A stretch of DNA of 64,000 nucleotides, taken from the NCBI GenBank assembly GCA_040776805.1, contig JAXGZS010000001.1:413016-477015 (forward strand), read 5' to 3'. The position numbers were made by a program, and so were the translations under genes. Position 1 is the stretch's first letter, and each line of letters starts with the position of its first letter. The notes beneath the pieces were generated by a model that had not been told where the DNA came from, did no database searches, and worked only from the letters and a program-made list of their open reading frames with translations. Below are positions 29,501 to 37,855 of this stretch, piece by piece. The stretch is from Clostridiales bacterium (GTDB lineage: Bacteria; Bacillota; Dehalobacteriia; UBA7702).

Positions 29501-29600
29501 TGGGGATCTCAAGGTTGTTGGCGCGGGCCACGTCGAGGATGGTTTGTCCCTTTTCAAAGGTGCATTTTTTATGATCAATGGTCATTTGCAAGGTACTCAT
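26598..29600 (-). CDS. 1000-aa iron-sulfur flavoprotein: an N-terminal [2Fe-2S] domain, a GltD-like NAD(P)H/FAD domain, 2x[4Fe-4S], and a C-terminal HydA/NuoG-like domain that lacks H-cluster motifs. This is a candidate StnC-like subunit of a Sporomusa-type Nfn transhydrogenase
   Basis: It contains GltD-type cysteines (CRPPCTLACP, CIGRICPHPCEEAC), the dinucleotide fold VVGAGPAGLTAAYFLALKG and a second fold VVGGGNTAMD. Ferredoxin motifs are CILCGLCVRVC and CITCGQCINVCP. No TSCCP/MPCxxK H-cluster signatures are seen. Confidence 0.6.
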   Translation of the reverse strand: MSTLQMTIDHKKCTFEKGQTILDVARANNLEIPTLCHHPLVETYGACGVCLVEDENSPKLYRACATAANEKMVLHTQGKRAATARKVALELLFSDHRGDCRPPCTLACPGHTNCQAYTGLIANGKYKEALRVIKRVIPLPACIGRICPHPCEEACRRRLVEEPIAIAELKAFAADMDLFGDDRFIEEIPAPSGKQITVVGAGPAGLTAAYFLALKGHRVEIIEAMPKGGGMLRYGIPQYRLPKEILDLEIENIARLGVTFRYNTKVGKDIDFAELKDRSDAVYVAIGAWKSAALRCKGEEAQGVLGGIDFLIAVARGEKPYLGKNVAVVGGGNTAMDACRTALRLGAEKVYVLYRRTEKEMPAEALEIKEAREEGVEFRFLVAPTEVLTENDRVSGIRLQKMELGEADSSGRRRPVAIEGAFEDLALDTVIAAIGQQVVADGIPVGLTDWHTIKADEHTFLTDQKGVFAGGDGINNGPGIAIEAIADAHRAADIIDSYLKGDIIPYTEPFLSKIKNVTAEDLADREKMPRRNGPRLPGESRKRTFDEVFLGLSEADAVAEGSRCLECGCADYYECKLIRYGQTYQLAENSFGDTVRKRNMADHNPYIDRDSDKCILCGLCVRVCDEVVGKGVWGLVHRGFETIIQPEFNISLADSTCITCGQCINVCPTGALTEKQLLGKRVPLAEQPTAGSCGQCAINCKTTVLTFGNQLCRVIPREETGLLCKKGKFGYETVLGGERVKTPTVDGKETTYEKAAATLKARVKKYGKNEIGVFLAANLTKEEVAAYVDFAKNTLGTEIIASPAALTYDVKGDAKVTDIDHAKHIVYVGEDPYTDNPVAGIRMAKAKAEVRCFTKDDKIEVSKETDLVIIAETSADAKTCAKGAALAKAVGAKLLVLHSAANTEIYRGAGVKTPDLLNDHLKALVIIGDETGIPGKSQRLLMIAPRHTAETNNAEIVLPFATSFETSGTVACNCGTEFRREQTLCPPGGKSNLEILDLLK

Positions 29601-29612
29601 GTGCTGCCTCCT

Positions 29613-31367
29613 TTACTCTACGATCACGGCGCCGAATTTACAAACGGCTTCGCAATTCCCGCAGTGGATACAGGTATTGGCGTCGATTACCTGAGGCTTT
29701 TTCTTTTCGCCGCTGATGGCCTCAACGGGACACTTCTTTTTACAGGCCATACAAGCCGTGCATTTTTCCGGGTCAATGCGAAAGGTTAAAAGGGGCTTGC
29801 ACTTTTTGGCGGGGCACCGATGATCTTCGATATGGGCGCGGTATTCGTCTTCAAAATGGCGAATGGTGCTCAATACGGGATTGGGGGCGCTCTGACCGAG
29901 GCCGCAGAGGGAACCGGCGATGATGTTTTCACCTAAGGTTTTCAGCGTTTCGATGTCGCCGTTTTTGCCTTCGCCGTTGACGATGCGTTCTAAAATCTCC
30001 AGCATCCGCTTGGTACCGATGCGGCAATGAACGCATTTGCCGCAGCTTTCCTCTTTGGTGAATTGGAGGAAAAACCGAGCCATATCCACCATACAGGTGG
30101 TTTCATCCATGACGATCATACCGCCGGAACCCATGATGGCGCCGACTTTGGTAATGCTCTCATAGTCTACTGCCGTATTGAGCAGGCTCTTAGGAATGCA
30201 GCCGCCGGAGGGGCCGCCCATCTGGACGCCTTTGATTTCCCGGTCGTCTTTGATGCCGCCGCCGATGCCGAAGATGATCTCGTGGATGGTCATACCCATG
30301 GGCACTTCCACCAGGCCGCCTTTTTTGACTTTGCCGGCCAGGGCGAAGACTTTGGTGCCCTTACTCTTTTCCGTGCCCAGGGCGGCGAAGGCGTCGCCTC
30401 CCTGGCGGAGAATCCAGGGTACGTTGGCATAGGTTTCCACGTTATTGATATTACTGGGTTTCTGGCGGTAGCCGCGTTGGGCGGGGAAAGGCGGTTTCAG
30501 CCGGGGCATACCTCGCTCCCCTTCCAGGGAGGCGATGAGGGCCGTTTCCTCACCGCAGACGAACGCGCCGGCGCCGGCTTTGATTTCCAGGCGGAAAGAG
30601 AAGTCGGTGCCTAAAATATGGTCGCCCAAATAGCCTTTTTCCTCTTCTTCCTGAATGGCTTTTTCCAGGCGCTTGATGGCCAGGGGATATTCGGCGCGGA
30701 CGTAAATTTTGCCCTCGGCGGCGCCGATGGCGTAAGCGCCGATCATCATGCCTTCGAGCACGCTGTGGGGATTGCTTTCCAATAAACTCCTGTCCATGAA
30801 GGCGCCGGGGTCGCCTTCGTCGGCATTGCAGATCATGTATTTGATATCGCTTTGGTTTTGCCGGGCCACGTTCCACTTAAACCAGGTGGGAAAACCGGCG
30901 CCGCCCCGGCCCCGGAGACCGGAAATTTTGATTTCTTCGATGACTTCTTCCGGTGTCAGCTCAAGGAGACAGTGCTTTAAGGCTTGAAAGCCGTCGTGTT
31001 CGATGTATTCCGCGATGTCTTCGGGGTTGATTACGCCGCAATCGCGCAAGGCGATGCGGGTCTGTTTTCCCAAAAAGGCCATATCGTCTTGGGGAACGAG
31101 GTATTCCTCAAAGGGAACTCCCTGATCCAGGTGGCTCTTTAAGAGCGCAACCGCTTTTTCCCCATCAATTTTCGCGTAAAGATAGTGCTTTTTCTTGTCG
31201 TTATCAATGACTTCGACCACGGGTTCATTGAAACAGGCGCCGATGCAGCCCACGGGTTTCAGTGTAACGTCGAGGTTTTCCTTTTCAATCAGCGCGGCGA
31301 TGGCGTCAAAGGTTTTTTGAGCGCCGGCGGCAATACCGCAGCTGCCCATACCCACTGTAATGATCAT
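29613..31367 (-). CDS. NuoF/HydB-like NADH-binding FMN flavoprotein subunit with an N-terminal thioredoxin-like domain and C-terminal 2x[4Fe-4S] (candidate StnB)
   Basis: The true start is ATG 31367, with GGAGG 9 nt upstream and an ATGA overlap with the upstream gene. The NuoF core is present. C-terminal ferredoxin motifs are CTACMACKKKCP and CIHCGNCEAVC. Confidence 0.7.
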   Translation of the reverse strand: MIITVGMGSCGIAAGAQKTFDAIAALIEKENLDVTLKPVGCIGACFNEPVVEVIDNDKKKHYLYAKIDGEKAVALLKSHLDQGVPFEEYLVPQDDMAFLGKQTRIALRDCGVINPEDIAEYIEHDGFQALKHCLLELTPEEVIEEIKISGLRGRGGAGFPTWFKWNVARQNQSDIKYMICNADEGDPGAFMDRSLLESNPHSVLEGMMIGAYAIGAAEGKIYVRAEYPLAIKRLEKAIQEEEEKGYLGDHILGTDFSFRLEIKAGAGAFVCGEETALIASLEGERGMPRLKPPFPAQRGYRQKPSNINNVETYANVPWILRQGGDAFAALGTEKSKGTKVFALAGKVKKGGLVEVPMGMTIHEIIFGIGGGIKDDREIKGVQMGGPSGGCIPKSLLNTAVDYESITKVGAIMGSGGMIVMDETTCMVDMARFFLQFTKEESCGKCVHCRIGTKRMLEILERIVNGEGKNGDIETLKTLGENIIAGSLCGLGQSAPNPVLSTIRHFEDEYRAHIEDHRCPAKKCKPLLTFRIDPEKCTACMACKKKCPVEAISGEKKKPQVIDANTCIHCGNCEAVCKFGAVIVE

Positions 31368-31894
31368 GACTGAGCGCCTCCTTCCGCTTGATAAATACCT
31401 TTGATGATCCGCCGTGCGGATTTCGCTGTCAGCGGGCCGAAAACTTCGCTGTTTTGACCCGTGCGGACCATCATCACCGGCGCCATGGAACAGCAGCCCA
31501 AACAGGCGACGCTTTCCATGGTGAAGAGGTTGTCGGCGGTGGTTTCGCCGTCTTTGATTTTGAGTTCGTCTTCCAGGGCCGCGGCGATATTTTCGCTGCC
31601 GTTCACGTGGCAGGCAGTGCCTTGGCAAAGCATGATGAGATGCTTGCCCACAGGATGCAAGCGAAACTGCGCGTAGAAGGTGACGACACCCATGATTTTG
31701 GTGACCTTAAGGCAGAGGGCGTCGCCGATGGCGTAGATGGCGTCTTTGGGCAAATAGCCGTAGATATCTTGGGTTTTCTGCAGCACGGTGATCAAGCTGC
31801 CGGGGAGGTTTTTGTATTCCGCGAGCAGCGGCTGTAATTTTGTCAGGTCGGTTTTGGGTTTTTCAGGCTTTGAACCGCAGGAACATTTGGTCAT
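31364..31894 (-). CDS. NuoE/HydC-like thioredoxin-fold [2Fe-2S] subunit (candidate StnA)
   Basis: The four NuoE-type cluster cysteines (CQGTAC and CLGCC) are present. The RBS is GGAGG. Confidence 0.7.
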   Translation of the reverse strand: MTKCSCGSKPEKPKTDLTKLQPLLAEYKNLPGSLITVLQKTQDIYGYLPKDAIYAIGDALCLKVTKIMGVVTFYAQFRLHPVGKHLIMLCQGTACHVNGSENIAAALEDELKIKDGETTADNLFTMESVACLGCCSMAPVMMVRTGQNSEVFGPLTAKSARRIIKGIYQAEGGAQS

Positions 31895-32699
31895 TCTTCT
31901 TTTCCTCCTGTATCCCCTTTTCTTCCAGTTCTAAGAGGCGCGTAACGCGTTGCCGGGCTGTCTTTAGAAAAGTTCTTTCATCGGGATAGCGCCTTTGATC
32001 CGCTATCAGTTCCATGGTATACGGTAGGTTGCTGTCGATCAAGTATGGCGTGACTTTTTGAGCAAAGTTTATGGTGCCGTCAAAGGGTAAGCGGTGCTGA
32101 TCCGCTGTGCCGTCGTTATCGGAAAGGTGCAGCGCCGTTAAAAGATGCCGGTATTTTTGCAGCAAATAAAATTGATCTTTGAGATTGGCATGGGAGGTAT
32201 CGAAACAAAAACCCAGTTCTTTCACGCCGGGAAAGGCGTGATAGACGTATTCCAGATAATCTGCCCGCCAGGTGTTTTCCAAAGAAAGGGTCATGCGGTT
32301 GTCCTCGGCGTAGGGCAGCAGATATTCGATGCTGCGGAGCAGGTCAACGTTGGGATCGGGAACGTCGCCTCTTTCGCACAGGTGCATTACGAGGTTGGCG
32401 TAACCGAGATCGGCCATTTCCTCCATGGTCTTGCAAATGGGTTTCAAGTAGCCTTCCCGCACAGAAATACTGGGATTCCAAATATCGTTGTCGTTCATTG
32501 CCGCCATATGAAAATTAAAAACGGTCAGTTCGCAATCGAGGGCAAAGCGCAGCATCTCCCGGCGGGGGATGGGCCAATCGCCCTCTTCGTCTTCCCACCA
32601 GAGCATGATGCCGTCAAAACCGGCGTCTTTGATCAGCTCAAGGCGTTTGCGATAATCGGTGAAATATCCGTACCAGGCGAAGATTCCTGTCTTTTTCAT
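31863..32699 (-). CDS. Sugar phosphate isomerase/epimerase (xylose-isomerase-like TIM barrel)
   Basis: AP-endonuclease-2 / TIM-barrel family features are present. The start is ATG 32699, overlapping the EamA stop in an ATGA. The 3' end overlaps the following gene by 32 nt. Confidence 0.65.
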   Translation of the reverse strand: MKKTGIFAWYGYFTDYRKRLELIKDAGFDGIMLWWEDEEGDWPIPRREMLRFALDCELTVFNFHMAAMNDNDIWNPSISVREGYLKPICKTMEEMADLGYANLVMHLCERGDVPDPNVDLLRSIEYLLPYAEDNRMTLSLENTWRADYLEYVYHAFPGVKELGFCFDTSHANLKDQFYLLQKYRHLLTALHLSDNDGTADQHRLPFDGTINFAQKVTPYLIDSNLPYTMELIADQRRYPDERTFLKTARQRVTRLLELEEKGIQEEKKNDQMFLRFKA

Positions 32700-33598
32700 G
32701 GTGTCAAGACCCCGTTTTTCTGTTTTTTGCTGTTGCTCCATTCAAGCCAAAGAACGGATAAGAAGATGACGCTGCCACCAAGGAAAAGCCGGGTGGTAAA
32801 GGGTTCCAAGCCGAGGAACACGGAGAAGGCGGCGCCGAAGAGGGACTCGAAAGAGAGCAGAATGGCGCTTTTTGCCGTCGGTGTGCGCCGCTGTCCGTAG
32901 GTTTGCAGAAAAAGACAGAGGGCCGAGGGGAACAGCGCCAAATAGACCAGAGCAAGCATCCCGTTGCTCCATTGGATCTGGTGGGTTTGACCCGTTTCAA
33001 AAAGAAAGAAATAAACGCTGGAAAGTACGCCTACGGTGAGCAATTGTAAAAAAGTCAGGTGAAAGGTGTTTTTGCCGTCGGTGGTATTACCCAGGTAAGC
33101 GATATGACAGGCGAAAGCGAAGGCGCAGATCAAAGTCAGCAGATCCCCGATGCGGAAGTGGATGCCGCCGTTGGACCAGTTGAGTACCGTGATCCCCAAA
33201 AAGCAGGCGAAGACGGCGATATAGACGCGCCCGGAAATTTTCTCTTTGAAAAAAAGCCGGGCGATGAAAGGAACCATCAATAAATTGGTGGCTGTTAGCA
33301 ACGCGTTGCTGGAAACTTCAATGGTCTGCAGACCCAAGGTCTGAAAGAGGAAGCCGAAAAAGTAGAAACTGCCGGCAATGAAACCGGTTTTGATTTCCGC
33401 TAAGCTGATGTGTTTCATTTTCCTGTTGATGATCAGCAGGAGGGCGGCGGCGCCCAGAAGAAAGCGGATCACGTTGAGGAGACCCGGGGGAAACCCGCAT
33501 TGGAGGGCATAGTCGACGCCGATGAAACCGCTGCCCCAGATCAGGGCGGTGAGGAGAAGGGCGGCTTCTCCTTTGTAAGAGTGTTTTGGCATGATCAA
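32696..33598 (-). CDS. EamA/DMT-superfamily transporter (10 TM helices)
   Basis: Two EamA repeats are present (...LIWGSGFIGV..., ...LFGAAFSVFLGLEPF...). Confidence 0.8.
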   Translation of the reverse strand: MIMPKHSYKGEAALLLTALIWGSGFIGVDYALQCGFPPGLLNVIRFLLGAAALLLIINRKMKHISLAEIKTGFIAGSFYFFGFLFQTLGLQTIEVSSNALLTATNLLMVPFIARLFFKEKISGRVYIAVFACFLGITVLNWSNGGIHFRIGDLLTLICAFAFACHIAYLGNTTDGKNTFHLTFLQLLTVGVLSSVYFFLFETGQTHQIQWSNGMLALVYLALFPSALCLFLQTYGQRRTPTAKSAILLSFESLFGAAFSVFLGLEPFTTRLFLGGSVIFLSVLWLEWSNSKKQKNGVLTP

Positions 33599-33721
33599 TT
33601 CCTTTAAGTAGGTACTTATTGTTAAATTTCATCATAACACAATTTTTTCTGAATCGCAACGCGTGAATCTTTACAAACAAAGAAGGATGGGGTATGATGA
33701 AAACCTAAGAAAGGTATGATC

Positions 33722-35176
33722 ATGATGAAGCAAGAATTGAATTATACATTACTTTGCGATTACTACGAATTGACCATGGCCAACGGCTATTTCGAAAACG
33801 GCTGGAAAGACAAGATCACCTATTTTGACGTATTCTTCCGGAAGATTCCCGACCGCGGCGGTTTCGCCATCGCCGCCGGGCTGGAACAGATCGTCGACTA
33901 TATCGAAAACCTTGCTTTCGATGAGGAGGACATCGCCTTTTTGCGCAAAAAAGGCGTATTTGACGAGGCGTTTCTCAGCTATTTGCGGGATTTTTCCTTC
34001 CACGGTGATCTCTACGCCGTTCCGGAAGGAACGCCGATTTTTCCCAATGAGCCGATCCTGACGGTGCGGGCGCCGGCGCCGGAGGCGCAATTCATCGAAA
34101 CCTTTATCCTTTTGACCCTGAACCATCAAAGCCTGATCGCCACCAAGGCCAACCGTATCTGTAGGGCGGCGGCGGGCCGGGCGGTGACGGAATTCGGTTC
34201 CCGCCGCGCCCACGGGGCCAGCGGCGCGATTTTAGGGGCTCGGGCCGCCTGCATCGGCGGTTGCGTGGGTACGGCCTGCACCATTTCGGAATTGCTCTAC
34301 GGCACCCCCGCCGGCGGCACCATGGCCCATTCCTGGGTGCAGATGTTCGATTCTGAAATAGAAGCCTTTCGCTCCTATTGCAGCATTTACCCGAAAAACC
34401 CCTGTCTTTTGGTGGATACCTATAATGTCTTAAAGAGCGGCATTCCCAACGCCCTGAAGGTCTTCAAGGAATTAGGCATCAAAGAATGCGCGGTTCGTAT
34501 TGATTCCGGCGACATTACCTATTTGACGAAACACGCCCGGAAAATGCTGGATGACGCGGGCTATCCCCACTGTAAGATCGTGATTTCCAATGCTTTGGAC
34601 GAATATATCATCCGCGATCTGTTGTTACAAGGCGCCCAAGTCGACGCTTTCGGCGTCGGCGAACGGCTGATTACCGCCCGCAGCGAGCCGGTTTTCGGCT
34701 GTGTGTACAAACTCTCCGCCATTGAGGACGCCGCCGGTCAGGTGATCCCTAAAATCAAAGTCAGCGAAAACGCCGGTAAGATCACGAATCCCCACTTTAA
34801 AAAGGTTTGGCGCATTTTTGACAACGCCACCGGCAAAGCCCAGGCGGATCTGGTCACCGTTTACGATGAAACCATCGACGTGGATCAGCCTTTGACGATC
34901 TTTGACCCCGAACATCCCTGGAAAAAGAAGACTTTCACTAATTTTTCCGTCAAAGAGCTGCTGATTCCCATCTTTAAGGACGGCGTCTGCGTGATGGAGC
35001 GGAAACCAACGGTGCAGGAGATCCGATCCTATAGCGCCGGACAAATCCACTGCTTATGGGATGAAATGAAGCGTTTTGAACATCCTCATCTTTACTATGT
35101 GGATCTTTCCGCAAAACTTTGGCAGATCAAAAACGAGCTCATCAAAGAGAACTTCGGTTCTTTTCAACAATTCTGA
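33722..35176 (+). CDS. pncB: Nicotinate phosphoribosyltransferase
   Basis: The NAPRTase N-terminus MKQELNYTLLCDYYELTMANGYF is present in a 480-aa protein. The start was taken at ATG 33722, 7 nt after AAAGG; in-frame ATGs also occur at 33716 and 33725. Confidence 0.85.
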   Translation: MMKQELNYTLLCDYYELTMANGYFENGWKDKITYFDVFFRKIPDRGGFAIAAGLEQIVDYIENLAFDEEDIAFLRKKGVFDEAFLSYLRDFSFHGDLYAVPEGTPIFPNEPILTVRAPAPEAQFIETFILLTLNHQSLIATKANRICRAAAGRAVTEFGSRRAHGASGAILGARAACIGGCVGTACTISELLYGTPAGGTMAHSWVQMFDSEIEAFRSYCSIYPKNPCLLVDTYNVLKSGIPNALKVFKELGIKECAVRIDSGDITYLTKHARKMLDDAGYPHCKIVISNALDEYIIRDLLLQGAQVDAFGVGERLITARSEPVFGCVYKLSAIEDAAGQVIPKIKVSENAGKITNPHFKKVWRIFDNATGKAQADLVTVYDETIDVDQPLTIFDPEHPWKKKTFTNFSVKELLIPIFKDGVCVMERKPTVQEIRSYSAGQIHCLWDEMKRFEHPHLYYVDLSAKLWQIKNELIKENFGSFQQF

Positions 35177-35212
35177 TCACTGTTTGAATTCTTAGACTTT
35201 CTTCTTGAATGG

Positions 35213-35269
35213 AGAGGGCGTCCCTTTGCGATAAGTTTTCCGTTTATCGTTTTGGGACGCCCTCTTTTG
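35213..35269 (+). terminator. pncB terminator (AGAGGGCGTCCC...GGGACGCCCTCT followed by TTTT)
   Basis: A 12-bp stem with a U-tail. Confidence 0.6.
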
Positions 35270-35313
35270 CATAGTTTTTTTTGATTCGGAAAAACTATGC
35301 CCGGAGGAAGACG

Positions 35314-35811
35314 ATGTCTGAAGATCTTGAAAAATCAATGAATGAATCATTGAGACAGGCCAAACAAAAAGAATACGCGGAACTCGTGGCGGAAACAAAA
35401 CCAAAAACGCCGGTGCTGAAAAACCTCTGCCGCGCTTTTCTGGTCGGCGGTTTGATCTCCGTGATCGGCCAGATCATCTATGAACTGCTCAAGCTAACGT
35501 CCATAACGGACAAACATTGCGTTACCGTGACGCTGATGATCCTAATCGCCGCCGGGGCGGTCTTGACGGGGCTGGGCCTTTACGATAAGATCGGCAAATT
35601 CGCCGGCGCCGGCTCCATTGTGCCCATCAGCGGTTTTTCCAATTCTATGGTGGCTCCGGCTCTGGAATGGAAAACCGAAGGCTTAATCGCCGGTTTGGCC
35701 GCGAAACTGTTTACCCTGGCCGGCCCTGTGATCGTCTATGGCGTCTGTGTTTCCGTGGCTTTGGGGTTGCTGAAATATTTGTGGTTGTTGTTCACGGGAG
35801 GTTTGCCATGA
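35314..35811 (+). CDS. spoVAC: Stage V sporulation protein AC
   Basis: A SpoVAC/SpoVAEB-family 4-TM protein. The RBS is GGAGGAAG. A GCATA element about 40 nt upstream may be the -35 of a forespore sigma promoter. Confidence 0.85.
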   Translation: MSEDLEKSMNESLRQAKQKEYAELVAETKPKTPVLKNLCRAFLVGGLISVIGQIIYELLKLTSITDKHCVTVTLMILIAAGAVLTGLGLYDKIGKFAGAGSIVPISGFSNSMVAPALEWKTEGLIAGLAAKLFTLAGPVIVYGVCVSVALGLLKYLWLLFTGGLP

Positions 35812-36830
35812 GCTGTCTCGGAAGAAATACGTATCTCTTCGATCAAGGAGTACACATTTTAAGCGGCGCCGCTGTGGTGGGGCCCAAGGAAGGCGAGGGG
35901 CCTTTGGGCCCGTGTTTCGATAAAGTTTGGCCCAAAATTCAGACCGCGGAAAAGTCCTGGGAGGATACGGAAGTCAAAATGCAGAAAGAAGCCGTCGATC
36001 TTGCCCTGGCAAAAGCGGCTTTGGGCGATCATATGATCGACGTTCTGCTGGGCGGTGATCTGATCAACCAGCTCACCATCACCAATTTCGCTGCCAAGGA
36101 GAGGGAAATTCCCTTTCTTGGTTTATATAACGCTTGTGCCACCATGGCGGAGGGCCTTCTTTTGGGAGCATCCCTCATCGGCGGCGGCTTTGCCGCTGAT
36201 GCCGCCGTGGTGGCGTCAAGTCATAACGCTACCAGCGAACGGCAGTACCGTTTTCCTACGGAGCTGGGCACCCAGCGTCCCCAGACCAGTCAATGGACGG
36301 TGACCGGGGCCGGCGCCATGGTCTTATCAAAGCAGCCGTCGCCGCTGCGGATCATCAGCGGCACAGTGGGGAAGATTGTCGATTACGGTGTCAAAGACCC
36401 CAATGAAATGGGGGCCGCCATGGCCCCGGCGGCGGCGGATACGATTTTACAGCATCTGCGAAACAACGATAGAAAAGCCGCGGATTATGATCTGATCTGT
36501 ACCGGCGATCTCGGTTCCCACGGTCACTGTCTCTTGGCAGAACTGCTGAAAAAGGAGCATGTTGTCGTTGAGGAACAGCTCCAGGACAGCGGCATGTGGA
36601 TCTATCAAAAAAAACAGGATAGCCACGCCGGCGGCTCCGGCTGCGGCTGTTCCGCCACGGTTTGGAGCTCCTACCTTCTTGACGCCCTGCACCGCGGCAA
36701 ATACCGGCGTGTTTTATTGGTGGGTACCGGCGCGCTGCTGAGTCCTGTCAGCATCGGTCAGGGCCATGCCATTCCCGCCATTGCCCACGCTGTGGAGATC
36801 GTAAAGGAGGGAAAGACGGTATGTGGATGA
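35808..36830 (+). CDS. spoVAD: Stage V sporulation protein AD
   Basis: ATGA overlap with spoVAC. A thiolase-like fold with the SpoVAD N-terminus MSCLGRNTYLFDQGVHILSGAAVVGPKEGEGPL. Confidence 0.85.
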   Translation: MSCLGRNTYLFDQGVHILSGAAVVGPKEGEGPLGPCFDKVWPKIQTAEKSWEDTEVKMQKEAVDLALAKAALGDHMIDVLLGGDLINQLTITNFAAKEREIPFLGLYNACATMAEGLLLGASLIGGGFAADAAVVASSHNATSERQYRFPTELGTQRPQTSQWTVTGAGAMVLSKQPSPLRIISGTVGKIVDYGVKDPNEMGAAMAPAAADTILQHLRNNDRKAADYDLICTGDLGSHGHCLLAELLKKEHVVVEEQLQDSGMWIYQKKQDSHAGGSGCGCSATVWSSYLLDALHRGKYRRVLLVGTGALLSPVSIGQGHAIPAIAHAVEIVKEGKTVCG

Positions 36831-37183
36831 ACTTATTATGGGCCTTTCTGATCGGCGGCGTCATCTGCGCCATCGCCCAGATCGCCATGGATCTGACACC
36901 CTTTTCCATCAGCAACGCCCACGTTTTGGTGACGGTGGTCATTGCCGGGGAAATCATCGGCTTTTTCGGCCTTTATCAGCCTCTGGTGGATTTTGCCGGG
37001 ATGGGCGCGTCCGTGCCCCTTTGCGGCTTCGGCAACACGATGATGCAGGGAGTCGTGACCGCCATGGAAAAAGACGGCTTTATAGGTATTTGGACGGGAG
37101 CCTTTACCGCCGGAGCCGCGGGGCTTTGCGCCGCCATCGTCTCAGGTTTTTTGATCGCAATATTTTTGAAGCCAAAAGGATAA
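36821..37183 (+). CDS. spoVAEB: Stage V sporulation protein AE (SpoVAEB)
   Basis: A 120-aa membrane protein that is a paralogue of SpoVAC. The RBS is AAGGAGGG. Confidence 0.85.
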   Translation: MWMNLLWAFLIGGVICAIAQIAMDLTPFSISNAHVLVTVVIAGEIIGFFGLYQPLVDFAGMGASVPLCGFGNTMMQGVVTAMEKDGFIGIWTGAFTAGAAGLCAAIVSGFLIAIFLKPKG

Positions 37184-37257
37184 TAATTAAACATCAAGAT
37201 GATTCGTTACCCTTTGCTTTGCCGCGGTCTTTGTGTTTTAATAGAATCAGTAAATGA

Positions 37258-37440
37258 ATAAAGTTAAGTGCGGAGAAATCGGGTTTGAATCCCGAACGGT
37301 CGCGCCACTGTGAAACGGAGCTTACTTTAGACGCCAGTCAGCCACTGCCATAAGCGGGAAGGCAAAGTATAGCGATGATGTGAAGTCAGGATATTCCGAA
37401 CTTAATGCTGTACTCGCAGCTTCCGCGTAAGGAGTGATGC
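37258..37440 (+). promoter_or_regulatory. Cobalamin (B12) riboswitch aptamer
   Basis: Conserved blocks appear in the canonical order: GGGTTTGAATCCC, CGCGCCACTGTGAAACGGAGC, CAGCCACTGCC, GCGGGAAGGC, and GATGATGTGAAGTCAGGATATTCCGAAC (a B12-box variant). A sigma70-like promoter (TTGCCG-17-TAGAAT) lies at about 37214-37245. Confidence 0.6.
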
Positions 37441-37457
37441 ATTTTTTCGATGTAAAT

Positions 37458-37493
37458 GCCCCGTTTCTTTTCGGAAGCGGGGCAGTTTTGTTT
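37458..37493 (+). terminator. Riboswitch expression-platform terminator (GCCCCG...CGGGGC followed by a T-run); an alternative pairing CTTCCGC / GCGGAAG is possible
   Basis: The stem-loop plus U-tail follows the aptamer directly. The CUUCCGC segment upstream could form an anti-terminator with GCGGAAG. Confidence 0.5.
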
Positions 37494-37792
37494 GCTGATG
37501 TTGCCAAACCTTCTTTTATTCTATTCCGTATCTCATGGGGGCTTGCCCCCCCGTATCTCTCATCTCTTTTGCTTTCAGCCAATGCTGAACTCACCTCTTC
37601 ATAAATTTTATACGGAAATCTCTTTTTTTTCCTTGCGGTGAACAACCGCAATTTTTTTTGCCCGTGTTCTTTGCTGTTTGGCCGTTTCTTCTAATATTTC
37701 CAGATTCCCTGATTCCCTCATAAAATGCCCTTAGACCGACATGACGCGAGGCTGAGATAAGGCGTTAAAGGCTTGGCGTGCCGCGCTAAAAA

Positions 37793-37822
37793 GCCGGGAC
37801 TGATTTGCAATCAGTCTCCGGC
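37793..37822 (-). terminator. Terminator for the convergent minus-strand transcript (hairpin followed by TTTTT on the minus strand)
   Basis: GCCGGGACTGA...TCAGTCTCCGGC; the reverse complement is followed by CTTTTTAGCG. Confidence 0.5.
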
Positions 37823-37855
37823 TTGTTTCCTTGGCGTCCTTTTAAGGAGGGCTTT

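Noticed and set aside
31368-31628. 87-residue Arg-rich N-terminal extension (MPRHCLPRERQRKYRR...) on the NuoF-like ORF 29613-31628
   Set aside because: It is a read-through of the ORF caller into the overlapping 3' end of the NuoE-like gene in another frame. A GGAGG RBS and an ATGA-coupled ATG at 31367 give the true start (MIITVGMGSCG...).
37433-37600. 55-codon ORF starting at ATG 37433 just after AAGGAG within the B12 riboswitch expression platform
   Set aside because: The RBS spacing is only 2 nt. The product is hydrophobic nonsense overlapping the terminator. It is most likely non-coding.
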